IMG/VR virus record: IMGVR_UViG_3300032232_001415
Span: 64,001-128,000 of that record
DNA from: a virus
Lineage: Duplodnaviria; Caudoviricetes
Reading direction: 5' to 3' (one strand)
Length of the DNA stretch: 64,000 nucleotides
Part shown: in pieces, positions 8,763-19,796 of the stretch
Layout: every line of letters begins with the position of its first letter
Position numbering within the stretch: the stretch's first letter is position 1
The notes under the pieces: generated by a model
The model's input: the letters and a program-made list of their open reading frames with translations, nothing else
Database searches by the model: none
Told to the model about the DNA's origin: nothing
Program-made: the position numbers and the translations under genes

Positions 8763-9748
8763 AAAACAAAACAAGACAACAATTATCTGAAAAGCTAAAT
8801 ACTACAGTTCTTTACTTATATGATACTGGCGTTATCCATAGCACCATTGTTCATTCTGTAATACTTTTATTATTAGCTATTTCTTTTCCTTTGTTAACAA
8901 ATAATAGGCCCTCGCCTATTGTTATAAGTTTTGCGTCCTTTGATGAAGAAACTATAAATTTTGAGACTATTCAGCCAATAGAAATCAAAATCCCCAAAGA
9001 GCCCAGCAATGATCAGCAAGAAACAGAATCAGAATCTTTTGTTGAAGATAAGCCAAATGATATTATACCAGTATCGATAGATGATGTTGTTGTAGAAGAA
9101 GATGTACAAAATGACTTAATTGAAGATTTATCAGTAGAAGATCTTAGTGAACAATTTGTAGCAGATATTTCGGATACAGAAGCTTCTGAGAAACCTTCTG
9201 TTACGAAAGAAAAAAAGATAGCAAGATCTGAGAAAAAAACATCATCTAATAAAAAAGGGAATCAGCCTGTTTTTGGCGATGGTAACTTGAATGCTAATAA
9301 TGATCAGGGCATAGGTATGATGAAACAGAGGCTGGCCGCATACGGAGCAAAAACCGGAGATGTCCAAATATCTTTATCGTGGGATACTATCGATGATATC
9401 GATCTTCATGTTGAAGTATATCCAATAGCATCTAGAATAAATTGGACCAGAAGATTCGGAAGATGCGGAGGAATGTTGGATATAGACATGAATGCTCATC
9501 CCTCTAGATTAAGTAATGTTCCTGTAGAAAACATTTTTTGGGAAAAAGGATTAGCCCCTTATGGAGAATATGTTATAGGAGTACACAATTATATGAATTG
9601 GTCAAGAAACGGAGCAACAAAAGTTAATCTCTTAATAACTATCGATGGAAAAAGTAAAATGATTCCATTAATAGTAAGATTTGGTGATCCTGTAACAAAA
9701 GTTACTAGTTTTATAAGAGAAAATCCAGCCTCTACGGCTAGTCGATAA
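8738..9748 (+). CDS. membrane-anchored protein with acidic linker and C-terminal YfaP/DUF2135-like domain
   Basis: TM segment 'STIVHSVILLLLAISFPLL', long Asp/Glu-rich linker, then 'DVQISLSWDTIDDIDLHVE...GGMLDIDMN...PVENIFW...GEYVIGVHNY'. Confidence 0.7.
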   Translation: MAKNKRSVKNKTRQQLSEKLNTTVLYLYDTGVIHSTIVHSVILLLLAISFPLLTNNRPSPIVISFASFDEETINFETIQPIEIKIPKEPSNDQQETESESFVEDKPNDIIPVSIDDVVVEEDVQNDLIEDLSVEDLSEQFVADISDTEASEKPSVTKEKKIARSEKKTSSNKKGNQPVFGDGNLNANNDQGIGMMKQRLAAYGAKTGDVQISLSWDTIDDIDLHVEVYPIASRINWTRRFGRCGGMLDIDMNAHPSRLSNVPVENIFWEKGLAPYGEYVIGVHNYMNWSRNGATKVNLLITIDGKSKMIPLIVRFGDPVTKVTSFIRENPASTASR

Positions 9749-10244
9749 TACTTAATATCGGCCCCCACTTATTTGCTGGACAAGATTGATCCTTATGAGC
9801 CAGTTTATTCATATGATTAACTTCTCTAACTATTCTACATCCGCATAATAAACAACTATTATCTTGATAATGTTCACAAGATTCACAAATTGTTAATCTA
9901 GCTGATATTTCTTCTTGAGAACACATATTCTTTTCACTATTATCTATTATAGTTTCATTCTTCTCTTCAGCAATCTCTTTGGATCTTTCTATCACTCTTT
10001 CAAGAACAAGATTTTGCATATTGCTTGGATCATCCACCATCGTTATTCTGTGTTCTTTATAGTTTGGATCGGTAGCTTTTCTTATGGATAGTGAAAAATC
10101 TTGCATTTTTTTAAAACAAATCATTTTAGTATCAGCACTATCTAAACCTATTTTTATATTACAATAATTACATTGGTATACTTTCTTATTATTAAAATAA
10201 GTGTTAGTGTCTATTAAATCACAATGTGGATTCATATCATTCAT
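9738..10244 (-). CDS. Cys-rich small protein (DUF6171-like)
   Basis: C-terminal 'RLTICESCEHY..SCLLCGC...K...SCPANKW'; N-terminal CNYC. Last gene of the - strand block. Confidence 0.65.
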   Translation of the reverse strand: MNDMNPHCDLIDTNTYFNNKKVYQCNYCNIKIGLDSADTKMICFKKMQDFSLSIRKATDPNYKEHRITMVDDPSNMQNLVLERVIERSKEIAEEKNETIIDNSEKNMCSQEEISARLTICESCEHYQDNSCLLCGCRIVREVNHMNKLAHKDQSCPANKWGPILSIID

Positions 10245-13200
10245 CTAAAAATCCTCCGATAAATGGCGTTGTGATGTTTTACAACAAAAATCTTGAGTAT
10301 CACAAGTATCAACTGTAGTATCATAGCATGATGGACTATTGCTGCAATCTGGTGTCTTATATTTTTCTGTAATATTGTGTTTAGAATTAGGGGCCGAAGG
10401 TAGAGCTTCATTACATTTTTTATAATTTGATCCTATTAATATATCATAAATATTTTTTGGTCTTTTATATTTATATTCATAATATGCAACATGTACCCCT
10501 ATTGTTGCTGAAGTTGATTCGCCACCCTCATATCCTGCTCTCCAAGCAGTGGCTGGAAATGAAATAACTTTGAATTTTAAACGGCAACTACCAGGAACTA
10601 CTCCTTCTACTAGATCATTAATATTAATACCCTCAGATGATTTTCTACATATTGCAATATCATTAAATGCTTGTTTCATTAATGATTTCCAATATGCTAC
10701 TTTCGCCCCCTTTACGGCACCATTATCGCTACCAAACTCAAGCCTTATCTGACTACCAATATTAAACAATCCGCCAGCTCCTCTTCCTCTGGTACATGGC
10801 ACAAACTGCATACCAGGAGATCCTGCTAAATCACAGGCAATTCCATAATTCCATACGAATGCGCTATTTCCTGTTTTTCCACACATTCCGACAGCGCCTG
10901 CTCCGTCATAACAAGCATCACCCCAACAAAAAGTAGGCTCAGGAACACTACATATTCCTTTTCCTAAGTGCGCCGTCCCCCCTGCACAAAATGCATCTTT
11001 GTTTAAATCTCCTTCGATAGCAAATGTTCCTAATATCGCTATTTTATTTTCTATTATTGTTTCCCATTTTGGATTTTGTGGAGTCATATTAATTTTTTCA
11101 TTAATAACATCACAGGTGGTACATTCGCTATTTATAGAATCATTAACAGTAAACGTATTATCTGGTACTTCAATAGTGATTTCTGGACAATCGTTTTTTA
11201 TTAAGATATCAAAACAACCGAGTACAGACCCCATACTTAAATTAACAGAAAAATTATCATAAGATATACTACATAATGAAGTTGGACACAATGGTGCGTA
11301 TGGATTTGTTGTTGTTGTTTTTTCAATATATATATCATAGCTTGATGGTGGTGGAAAAATACACTCAGTCCAACCCCAATGCTCTGTTGCGGTTCCATCT
11401 GCTTTGAATTCATATGGAACAAAGCCATTACAATTGCCAATGTCACTTGTTTTACCACTATGTTTGGCCGGCTCTCCATGTTTCATTCGATATATATGGC
11501 CATTTAGATTAAATTTATAATTACAGTCCTCAAATTGATAAGTAAAAATTTTAGGATATCCTTCTGCCCATTGTGGACAAGAACATCTATTTGGCACAAT
11601 CTGACAATATTTTATTTCTGGAAGATTAGAACATTCACAAGGGGTTCCTGCATTTCTATAACCAGCTAATACTGGATCATGAACTTGTTGACCTAAATTA
11701 TTACTATAACTTAATGGATAACAATTTCCTTCACACGGAGCCGGAGCTGCCGAACAATTAGTTCCTCCGCAAAGAGGTTGAACTAATGTACCACCACACA
11801 TATCAAAAAAGTTTCCAACTCTAAATGCTGGACTCAAATCTATATAACCATTTGCCGCTACGCACGTTGCATAAATACTACAGCTAGTACTTCCTCTGCT
11901 AGCTCCACCGGCGGAAACTTCCGCACTTTGTTCATTTATAATGCTACAAGGAGCCTGGGTCGTATATACATCTCCAATAGCATGCTTATCACAGAATAGG
12001 AATCCCATATAGGTATATGATACTAAATTACCAGCAAATGATTGGCAATTACCTGGATCAGTACGACATTGTTCACACTTAGCATATTCTGCTAGAATAT
12101 CATAACCAAAAACAGTAGCTTTCGAAATATAGCCGAATGGATTCCAATCCTTTCTGGGTATATTGTCTCCACATGTTCCTATTAATTGATAAGATATATT
12201 GTCACCAAACGGAGATGGGGCTCCCGGCTTTTGAATTGCCACTAGCCTTTCTTCTATTGTTTTTTCATGATGAATAATAGTTTCATATGTTTTACCACCA
12301 CCAGCTGCTACTATTTTAACTTTTCCTTCGACATTTTTTACTTCAAAATTTATAGTTAGATCACCTATTGTAACTTTTACTTTTGATCCAAGCTTTAATA
12401 CTCCAGCTATGTCTATATTTCCAGATATTTTTCTTCTTGAACTATCACTATTAGATGAATAATCATATGGTATCAAGTCATAAATTTTATCTGGAGTTGT
12501 TCTAATGTCAGCATACTGTAATAAATATCCTACTGATCTATTTTTATTAGTTAATAAATCTACTATTGTTTTCTTTTTAATATTATCATATGATATTTTT
12601 TGTTTTTCACCATATAATACTCTAAATAACATTTCATTAGCTAATATATCAGTATTAGATACTAAAGTACTTTTATCATTATCTACATTACTATTCAATT
12701 CATTCTGATAGTTTTTGTCCATATATGTAAATGGTCTGTCTGGCTTATTTTTGGTCTGAGATGAACAATAATTTGGATTATCTCCATTTTTATCATTTAA
12801 TATAGAATATGGTGGTATTTCAAATCTTTGTATATAAGGTATACTCTGATATCCTATACCGTTAAAAAGTCCTTCATCAAAAGAAAGATAATATTCAACA
12901 GAATCATTTGTTAAATCGCTACCCTTGATATATTTATAATCATAGTTTTGATAGCTAGCACTTAGTCTTGTATATCCTGCTGTTTTCATAGAACAAGTTA
13001 ATTGATCACATGGGCCTAATTTATCAGAATCACAATATATTGGCAAATCAAGAAATGGTTTACCATCAATACCAGTTACAGGATTGGTTAAACTTCCTAT
13101 ATTAAAATAAGGACCAATATTTTCACTAGCAACAGATAAATTTGGTCTATAATATGTTGTGCAATCTGTGCTGTTTGATTCGGTATCTTTTCTAGTATAT

Positions 13201-16200
13201 TTTGACAAAACATAGTACGGCTGATCAACCCTTAACGTATCATGGTAAAACGTCTTATCAAAAATTAAAGGTTTTAATAAAGCATTTTTATCTATATTAA
13301 TAAAAAATCCAGACGTTTTTATAGGGTCTGCTGGAAGACTTGATCGTGGCATTTTTTCTCTAATTCCACTAAAATAAATATTACCAGTAGATAATAAGTG
13401 GTTATCAAAATTAGTTTTTAAATTAGATATCAAGTCAGAAGCTTGTGAATTATATCTGATTCCACTCAAATTCATAAAATTAATATCTAAAAATGGCAAA
13501 TAGTTGTTAACATCTTGCTGAGATGATGATAAGTATATAGGATCAACATTGCTTATATCTTGTCCTATATTATATTTTTGATGTATCGTAAAGTAGGTTT
13601 CGCCATGATATGATATATTTATTTTTGTTGATTGTTTTTGGGGGTCGCTAGTTGTTAAAATAAAATTTATTAATCCAGTATTAGTATCATTAATTACAAG
13701 ATTATTATACATATTCTGGTATGGTACTTTAGGATATGAATAATTAATTTTATCATATAAAAATCTAGAATTTAAAATATCTGTATATTGATTTTTATTA
13801 TCAAATCTTGCCAGATCTCCCCATTTAGTAGAATACAATATTTGAGCTAAATAACTATCATACTCTGATCTTAAAGAATTTCCCATGTTGTCATATATAA
13901 CAAATGATTCTACTCCAATAGGATTCTGACTTTTAATCATTGAAAAATCAATCACGCCCTCAGCTAAAGGAATTTCACAACTAGAACAAAGATCTAACTC
14001 AAAAACAGTAAAAATTTTGCGATATTGTTTTTGTTTATTGCTATCAAATATGGTTATTTTTTTACCACCTTCGTCAACCAGCTGTGAATATAAAGATTTT
14101 GATTTAATTTTAGCATCATATTGTATAGTAGAATCATTTAGATCAATTAATTTAACTGATGTTAATATACATTTTAAATCAGTATTAGCAATATAACCAT
14201 CTTTATTTGTTTTTAAATAGTCTATACTAGATTCATAAAAATTATTATCATAATAGTTTCTTGGGGGCAGAGAAACATATGATTCTTTTGTCATTTTGTC
14301 TCCAATACCCTTATATTTCCATCTTTTATTATTGTCGTCTACTATTATAGTATTTTCAATTATTTTCTCCAAATCTTCTTCCGATATATTCTCTATACTG
14401 TTTATTGCTATGGCAGAATCAGCCTCCTTAACCATAAAATATGCTCTTGATCCATCAACTATAATTTTGGTTGTTGAGTCTTTATCTATGTAAAATTTAT
14501 TTGTGGAAATAGGATATAGTCTAGGACCATATGTATAAATATCATCATAATGAGGAACTGAAATGGATCCCGTAGCTCCAACATTCGGCATGTTATACAT
14601 ATATGACAGTTGAACATTTTTCTTTGCTTGGGCCGGTATTAGTGGTCCATAGGTATAGTCTAAATCATTAGTATAATTGAATAATAGAGGATATCCTGGA
14701 TAAGTTTCGTCTTTATCTGGATTATAAAAACCAAAAATATTTGAATTTAAATATTCATACCAATTATTTTTTACTTTTAAATAAAGTCTAATTTTTTTAT
14801 GATTATCTAATTGATTTAGCACTTTTATAAAATTTTTGACTCCATCATTCAAATCTCCTTTAAACATTATTCCACTATCACTATATATAACTGAATCTAA
14901 AAATAGTTTTCTTTCATAGTCAAAATCAAAAGTACAAGTATCTTTATTAAATAACAGAGATGTTTTATCTTTAAAATTACTAGCTGATACTATGCCACTA
15001 TTTGGGTGAAAAAAGGACTTAGTTAAAGTTCCCATGGACTTGATCTTTGGATCCATATTAAAAGCTAATATATGTTTTCTGGGAATTTGTTTGATTGTGA
15101 TACCAACATTTATTAATCTAGGATCTAAGTTATTATATGAAACATCAGTAGTACAATTCAATGGAGTATATAAAATATTTGTCTCAGATGGTTCTTCTCC
15201 GTTATTAAGAGCAGCTTCTAAAAAAGGATTTAATAATTCTATATTAATTTTGGGTTCAAATTTATTTGATTTATCGAATAGTGTTTTTTGCTGTCTATTC
15301 CATAGTACTAAATTGTTGATTGTTGTTTTAGTTGTAAATCTTCTAAAATTTGGATTATTTCTTGTTGTAAGCTCTTCATCATCCCAAACAATTATACTAG
15401 GATTTAATAAATTAGATCCATCTGATACGCTAACCCAAATATCAGAATGGTTAGTATTCAAATTTGGTAGTGTTAAATTCCATAATGTTTTAACATAATT
15501 TGGCAAAGAAAAAGATACATTTTTTGTACACTCATAAGGATTCAGAGGATCTATTTTTTTATCAACTGTGGGAATATTTGAACCAACTGCTGGATGATTA
15601 GGTATTCTAGTATCACCTATTAATTCAGTAACATAGGATAGCGGATATCCTCCATAAGATTTTAAACTTGGACTATTTAAGGTAGATATATTTGGAGTAT
15701 ATAAAATATTACTAGCGTTTGTATATATTAGTTTTCCATCACAATTATATGGATGAGAAGTAATCCTACTTAATGGAAAACATTTACAAGGCTGATCTGT
15801 TGGAAAAGTGGGACATCTAGCATTTCCAGAAGTAGAATCTCTTAATTTATTTAATGAAAATTCGTATAGTTTTATACCAACATTTTTTGTTGTAAATTTA
15901 ATTTCACAAATACCATCAGAAAAGGTTGTGCCTTGAACGAAAACAACATTACCGGAACCAAAAATATTGCTATCATAATATACTCCACCATCTCTATGAA
16001 AACCCAAACGATCAATATTAGTACTATATGCTATTGCTGGATAAGACCTTGTTAAATTAAAAGCTTTTTCATTATTAAATACTGACACTTTTCTTTGATT
16101 CGGAGTATTCCATAAACTTTTATTATTGTTGACTGTAAAAGCTGACTGAGCATCACAAAGATAGTTTTCATCGCACAGTTTATACTTGCCACCAACAGCA

Positions 16201-18134
16201 TTTGCTGCTGATTCATAAGATGGAGCTAATTCATACTTATTATTAAATAAAGTATATCCACTAGCAATAGAAATATGATTTAATAATTGTCCATTTAAAT
16301 GAGCACTAGTAGTATTAATAATATTTCCAATAGTAAAAACTCCACTATTGCAACTATTATTGTAATGTCTAGCATCGCCTGACGTGCTAAATATAGCATC
16401 TCCTAATTGTACTGATTGTTGATAACTAAAATTTTTCTTGATCGGAGTATTTCGACACACTTTGGGTATTGTTCCGGTATCTGTTGGAGCAAACTTAATA
16501 TCTGATGCATTAATAGACATTTCAAAATCAAGATTTAAGTAAGCGTGAGCTGGCAGCAATTCTTTTTTTAGCTTTAATGAAGTTGTAGAATTTGGCGGGA
16601 ACCATAAATAACATCCGTATTTATTAGCTATGGTATTGATAAAATCAATTTTAGTTTTTACTATATTTAAATTATTAGCAGTATTAATTGGTTTTTTTAG
16701 CATCTGAGATTCAAACAAATCAATCTGATTATATATATTTCTAGTATAAGTTATACCAGATATATTTTCAAATTTTGGTTGTTTTAATAGATCAACTGTA
16801 ACTTCATCGAAATTAGGTCCGGTAGCTAATAATGCTGCTAGTTTTAATTTATTCAGTGGTGATGTTTTTTTAGTATCTGGAATATCTAGTGAACTTTCTA
16901 AAAAATCTAGTCTATTTAATATATTGAAGCACTTGTTATAGATATTAGTAGACATATAAATAAATTCTGATCCACTAGGAATAACTCCACTAATAACATT
17001 ATTCTTAATTAATTTTAAACCTGATGGACAAGTTTTTATATTTCCATTTATCGATGAGCCTTGAAGATTTAAGGGTTCTGGACCATCATTTGTAGCATAA
17101 AACATATCTCCAGGAGATATATACAAGTCAACGCCAGGTATCATTCTTTTATCTTGATCTTTTGGTATATCTTTATCAAAATATCTATACCAACATAAAA
17201 CCCCTGAACTATAATTCCATTTCCAATAAGATCCAAGTTTTTCTGTTTTTACAAAAATATTATAATGATCTTCATTTGAAAAACCGTAAGGCATAGTAAA
17301 TTTCGATGGTTCTGGTAACAAGTATTTATATGTGCCAGTTTTTGCTATATCTCCTATATTGCCGCTTAATACTGGAAAATCCCCACCATTAGTGAGATAA
17401 TTAGCGTGTGGTTTTAGTAAAATAAAATTACCAGCTGTTTTATTATTTCTTAGATATCTATTATATGATTGTTCATGAACATCTATTGTATCATGATAAG
17501 TATCCATATCATTAGGAGGTATTTCACCTATTCGTTCTTGAATTTTCCAATCACACCTTAATTCCGGAGAAGAGCTAAAAGAATTTAATGTTCTAGTAGT
17601 AAATATCTTTTCAAAACCTAATGATCTATTATTACATGCTGGAAATTGACGCATATATTTAAAATCATGAAAATGATCAATATAAGTAGAATTCAATACC
17701 GGCAATTTTGCAAGATAGTCATCTTTATATGTTCTGGTATCACAAGCTCCGGAACAACATGAAGCATATATATTGGGACTTTTATGTCCAGATGTATCCG
17801 TTAAACTCCATGTAAAACTATGTGGGCTATTTGGATCTTGACAATATGAGCAATCTAAAGATGTTTTTTCTACATCAATCTCATCATAAGTATCTCCAGC
17901 ATTAATACAGTTACAAGGATTGACGGCAACAGATTCAGATCGTGCTCTTATAAATGGTTCAACATAATTAATATTTGATTTAGAAGCTTCAATAAAAATA
18001 GGTCGCCAAATTCCACTCAATAATGGATTATACGAAGGTATTAAAGATACTAGTTTAGAAGAATCAACTGTGCAAGAGTCTAAATCTGATATATCTTGAA
18101 AAAAATCTTTTTTATATATGTCGCAGCATCCCAT
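10245..18134 (-). CDS. giant Cys-rich putative virion protein (2629 aa)
   Basis: Uninterrupted 7.9-kb ORF in the tail module, with Cys-dense N- and C-terminal regions; no recognisable family. Confidence 0.75.
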   Translation of the reverse strand: MGCCDIYKKDFFQDISDLDSCTVDSSKLVSLIPSYNPLLSGIWRPIFIEASKSNINYVEPFIRARSESVAVNPCNCINAGDTYDEIDVEKTSLDCSYCQDPNSPHSFTWSLTDTSGHKSPNIYASCCSGACDTRTYKDDYLAKLPVLNSTYIDHFHDFKYMRQFPACNNRSLGFEKIFTTRTLNSFSSSPELRCDWKIQERIGEIPPNDMDTYHDTIDVHEQSYNRYLRNNKTAGNFILLKPHANYLTNGGDFPVLSGNIGDIAKTGTYKYLLPEPSKFTMPYGFSNEDHYNIFVKTEKLGSYWKWNYSSGVLCWYRYFDKDIPKDQDKRMIPGVDLYISPGDMFYATNDGPEPLNLQGSSINGNIKTCPSGLKLIKNNVISGVIPSGSEFIYMSTNIYNKCFNILNRLDFLESSLDIPDTKKTSPLNKLKLAALLATGPNFDEVTVDLLKQPKFENISGITYTRNIYNQIDLFESQMLKKPINTANNLNIVKTKIDFINTIANKYGCYLWFPPNSTTSLKLKKELLPAHAYLNLDFEMSINASDIKFAPTDTGTIPKVCRNTPIKKNFSYQQSVQLGDAIFSTSGDARHYNNSCNSGVFTIGNIINTTSAHLNGQLLNHISIASGYTLFNNKYELAPSYESAANAVGGKYKLCDENYLCDAQSAFTVNNNKSLWNTPNQRKVSVFNNEKAFNLTRSYPAIAYSTNIDRLGFHRDGGVYYDSNIFGSGNVVFVQGTTFSDGICEIKFTTKNVGIKLYEFSLNKLRDSTSGNARCPTFPTDQPCKCFPLSRITSHPYNCDGKLIYTNASNILYTPNISTLNSPSLKSYGGYPLSYVTELIGDTRIPNHPAVGSNIPTVDKKIDPLNPYECTKNVSFSLPNYVKTLWNLTLPNLNTNHSDIWVSVSDGSNLLNPSIIVWDDEELTTRNNPNFRRFTTKTTINNLVLWNRQQKTLFDKSNKFEPKINIELLNPFLEAALNNGEEPSETNILYTPLNCTTDVSYNNLDPRLINVGITIKQIPRKHILAFNMDPKIKSMGTLTKSFFHPNSGIVSASNFKDKTSLLFNKDTCTFDFDYERKLFLDSVIYSDSGIMFKGDLNDGVKNFIKVLNQLDNHKKIRLYLKVKNNWYEYLNSNIFGFYNPDKDETYPGYPLLFNYTNDLDYTYGPLIPAQAKKNVQLSYMYNMPNVGATGSISVPHYDDIYTYGPRLYPISTNKFYIDKDSTTKIIVDGSRAYFMVKEADSAIAINSIENISEEDLEKIIENTIIVDDNNKRWKYKGIGDKMTKESYVSLPPRNYYDNNFYESSIDYLKTNKDGYIANTDLKCILTSVKLIDLNDSTIQYDAKIKSKSLYSQLVDEGGKKITIFDSNKQKQYRKIFTVFELDLCSSCEIPLAEGVIDFSMIKSQNPIGVESFVIYDNMGNSLRSEYDSYLAQILYSTKWGDLARFDNKNQYTDILNSRFLYDKINYSYPKVPYQNMYNNLVINDTNTGLINFILTTSDPQKQSTKINISYHGETYFTIHQKYNIGQDISNVDPIYLSSSQQDVNNYLPFLDINFMNLSGIRYNSQASDLISNLKTNFDNHLLSTGNIYFSGIREKMPRSSLPADPIKTSGFFINIDKNALLKPLIFDKTFYHDTLRVDQPYYVLSKYTRKDTESNSTDCTTYYRPNLSVASENIGPYFNIGSLTNPVTGIDGKPFLDLPIYCDSDKLGPCDQLTCSMKTAGYTRLSASYQNYDYKYIKGSDLTNDSVEYYLSFDEGLFNGIGYQSIPYIQRFEIPPYSILNDKNGDNPNYCSSQTKNKPDRPFTYMDKNYQNELNSNVDNDKSTLVSNTDILANEMLFRVLYGEKQKISYDNIKKKTIVDLLTNKNRSVGYLLQYADIRTTPDKIYDLIPYDYSSNSDSSRRKISGNIDIAGVLKLGSKVKVTIGDLTINFEVKNVEGKVKIVAAGGGKTYETIIHHEKTIEERLVAIQKPGAPSPFGDNISYQLIGTCGDNIPRKDWNPFGYISKATVFGYDILAEYAKCEQCRTDPGNCQSFAGNLVSYTYMGFLFCDKHAIGDVYTTQAPCSIINEQSAEVSAGGASRGSTSCSIYATCVAANGYIDLSPAFRVGNFFDMCGGTLVQPLCGGTNCSAAPAPCEGNCYPLSYSNNLGQQVHDPVLAGYRNAGTPCECSNLPEIKYCQIVPNRCSCPQWAEGYPKIFTYQFEDCNYKFNLNGHIYRMKHGEPAKHSGKTSDIGNCNGFVPYEFKADGTATEHWGWTECIFPPPSSYDIYIEKTTTTNPYAPLCPTSLCSISYDNFSVNLSMGSVLGCFDILIKNDCPEITIEVPDNTFTVNDSINSECTTCDVINEKINMTPQNPKWETIIENKIAILGTFAIEGDLNKDAFCAGGTAHLGKGICSVPEPTFCWGDACYDGAGAVGMCGKTGNSAFVWNYGIACDLAGSPGMQFVPCTRGRGAGGLFNIGSQIRLEFGSDNGAVKGAKVAYWKSLMKQAFNDIAICRKSSEGININDLVEGVVPGSCRLKFKVISFPATAWRAGYEGGESTSATIGVHVAYYEYKYKRPKNIYDILIGSNYKKCNEALPSAPNSKHNITEKYKTPDCSNSPSCYDTTVDTCDTQDFCCKTSQRHLSEDF

Positions 18135-18136
18135 AA

Positions 18137-19780
18137 TTAATTACAGTTATAAGAAGTTAATGTCCAGTAACCATCCAAAAAAGTAAACAAGCCAATACCA
18201 CCTGGAGAAATTGCAAAATTTAATGGATTTTTATATGTTGTAGTATATTTTTGTAAATTTGGATCATCAGATAGTTTTATACTAGGATTATTTGGTTTAG
18301 TATATATTTTATATATTTCTACGCTGTTAGTAGAATTAACAACTCCGGAAGTAACAAATGGTCTGTGGCCTATCGGCTCATAAAAACCATTATTTGAATT
18401 GTATTTACAATATAGTGTGCCTCCTCTGGGAGCGGGGAAAAGACCCAATTGATCTCTTACAAAAACTAATCTTCTTAATCCTGTTGGGAGTGGACTATTA
18501 TCATAAGAAGAATCTATAATTTCAGCTCTTACTGGTGATGTATTAACAAGATCCTCCTCTATTACAACAAATACTGGTTTATAATTAGCTCCAACAGTCC
18601 ACACCCTTCCTGCTTCGTCCCATCTCAAATCAATAGGACCAACAGGCCATGTTCCTGGAGATTGAGCCCATCCTTTATAAAAAGTATTTTCTTTATATGG
18701 TTTTGACCAATATCCACTACCAGTTGATGTTGATATAAACTTCTGATTTTTACCAATAATATTACCATTGCTATCTCTTACTATGCTTCCTCCTTGAGTT
18801 TTTGGTTCTCCAGAAGAATTTGGAACAGGATATCCTTCTAGGTCATATCCCCAGCCATGAACCATCAATGGACCACGTAATCCAAAAAATCTCATATTAT
18901 TCATTACAGTAGGATCTGGTGGTATACTAACTCCTTGTGCTCGTAAATTCTTATACCATTCCGTCATATTTACATCATAATCCAGATATGATCTTTCTAT
19001 ATTAGCAGAATATATAGCTCTTAATCCATTATCTCCTGTGGGTGGAATCATACTAAATCCAACCAAATCAATACAGTGTCCACATACGTCCCCCTTCTGC
19101 TTATTAGTAAAATTACTAAATTCTCCAGTAGTAAGTACTATAGGATTCAATGTAGAATAGTTTATTACCGGAGAACCATTACCTGTTACTGGTATGATAT
19201 TAGATATAATAGTTAAATCATTTCCACTAGCTATTACATACGGAGGATACGATTCTTTTGGAGATGAGCTTGTGCTCATTTTTGATAATTTTTCTTCTAA
19301 TGTTTCACAAAAAGTACATATAATAGATTTTGTATCATATGATGATACTATGGCTGTTGCTCCTTGATTTTGTGTTATACTAGCTTGATCTTGAGGAATT
19401 TTGTATGTATATGTTTTTGTTCCATTACAAAATGGACAACCACTAGTTAAATATTTGCTAATATGAAAAGTACTAGAGTACGGCGTCGGATAAAAAGATA
19501 CTGGAGAAAATAATCCATCTAAACTCATGAATGATTTATGAGCATAATTATTTCCAATTTCGCTATTTGCTTCATGATTACTAAATATGTTAACATCAGA
19601 CTGAAGTCTCGGAAATTCTCTTGGATTACAATTTAATGAGCCCAATGAATATGGTTTAGTTGACCATTCTGGATTATAATTTAATTGTTGTTGTTTTAAA
19701 ATCGTAGCATCCTGATGAACAACAAAGTAATTATTTCCTATTAATACATTAATATTGTCTGTTTTTTTATTTTTTTTCAT
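18137..19780 (-). CDS. putative tail-tip/baseplate protein with CxxC motifs
   Basis: Lies downstream of the TMP. CPFC, CTFC and CGHC motifs; Gly/aromatic-rich 'GLRGPLMVHGWGYD', 'WPVGPIDLRWD'. Confidence 0.5.
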   Translation of the reverse strand: MKKNKKTDNINVLIGNNYFVVHQDATILKQQQLNYNPEWSTKPYSLGSLNCNPREFPRLQSDVNIFSNHEANSEIGNNYAHKSFMSLDGLFSPVSFYPTPYSSTFHISKYLTSGCPFCNGTKTYTYKIPQDQASITQNQGATAIVSSYDTKSIICTFCETLEEKLSKMSTSSSPKESYPPYVIASGNDLTIISNIIPVTGNGSPVINYSTLNPIVLTTGEFSNFTNKQKGDVCGHCIDLVGFSMIPPTGDNGLRAIYSANIERSYLDYDVNMTEWYKNLRAQGVSIPPDPTVMNNMRFFGLRGPLMVHGWGYDLEGYPVPNSSGEPKTQGGSIVRDSNGNIIGKNQKFISTSTGSGYWSKPYKENTFYKGWAQSPGTWPVGPIDLRWDEAGRVWTVGANYKPVFVVIEEDLVNTSPVRAEIIDSSYDNSPLPTGLRRLVFVRDQLGLFPAPRGGTLYCKYNSNNGFYEPIGHRPFVTSGVVNSTNSVEIYKIYTKPNNPSIKLSDDPNLQKYTTTYKNPLNFAISPGGIGLFTFLDGYWTLTSYNCN

Positions 19781-19796
19781 ATATATATATTCCTAA

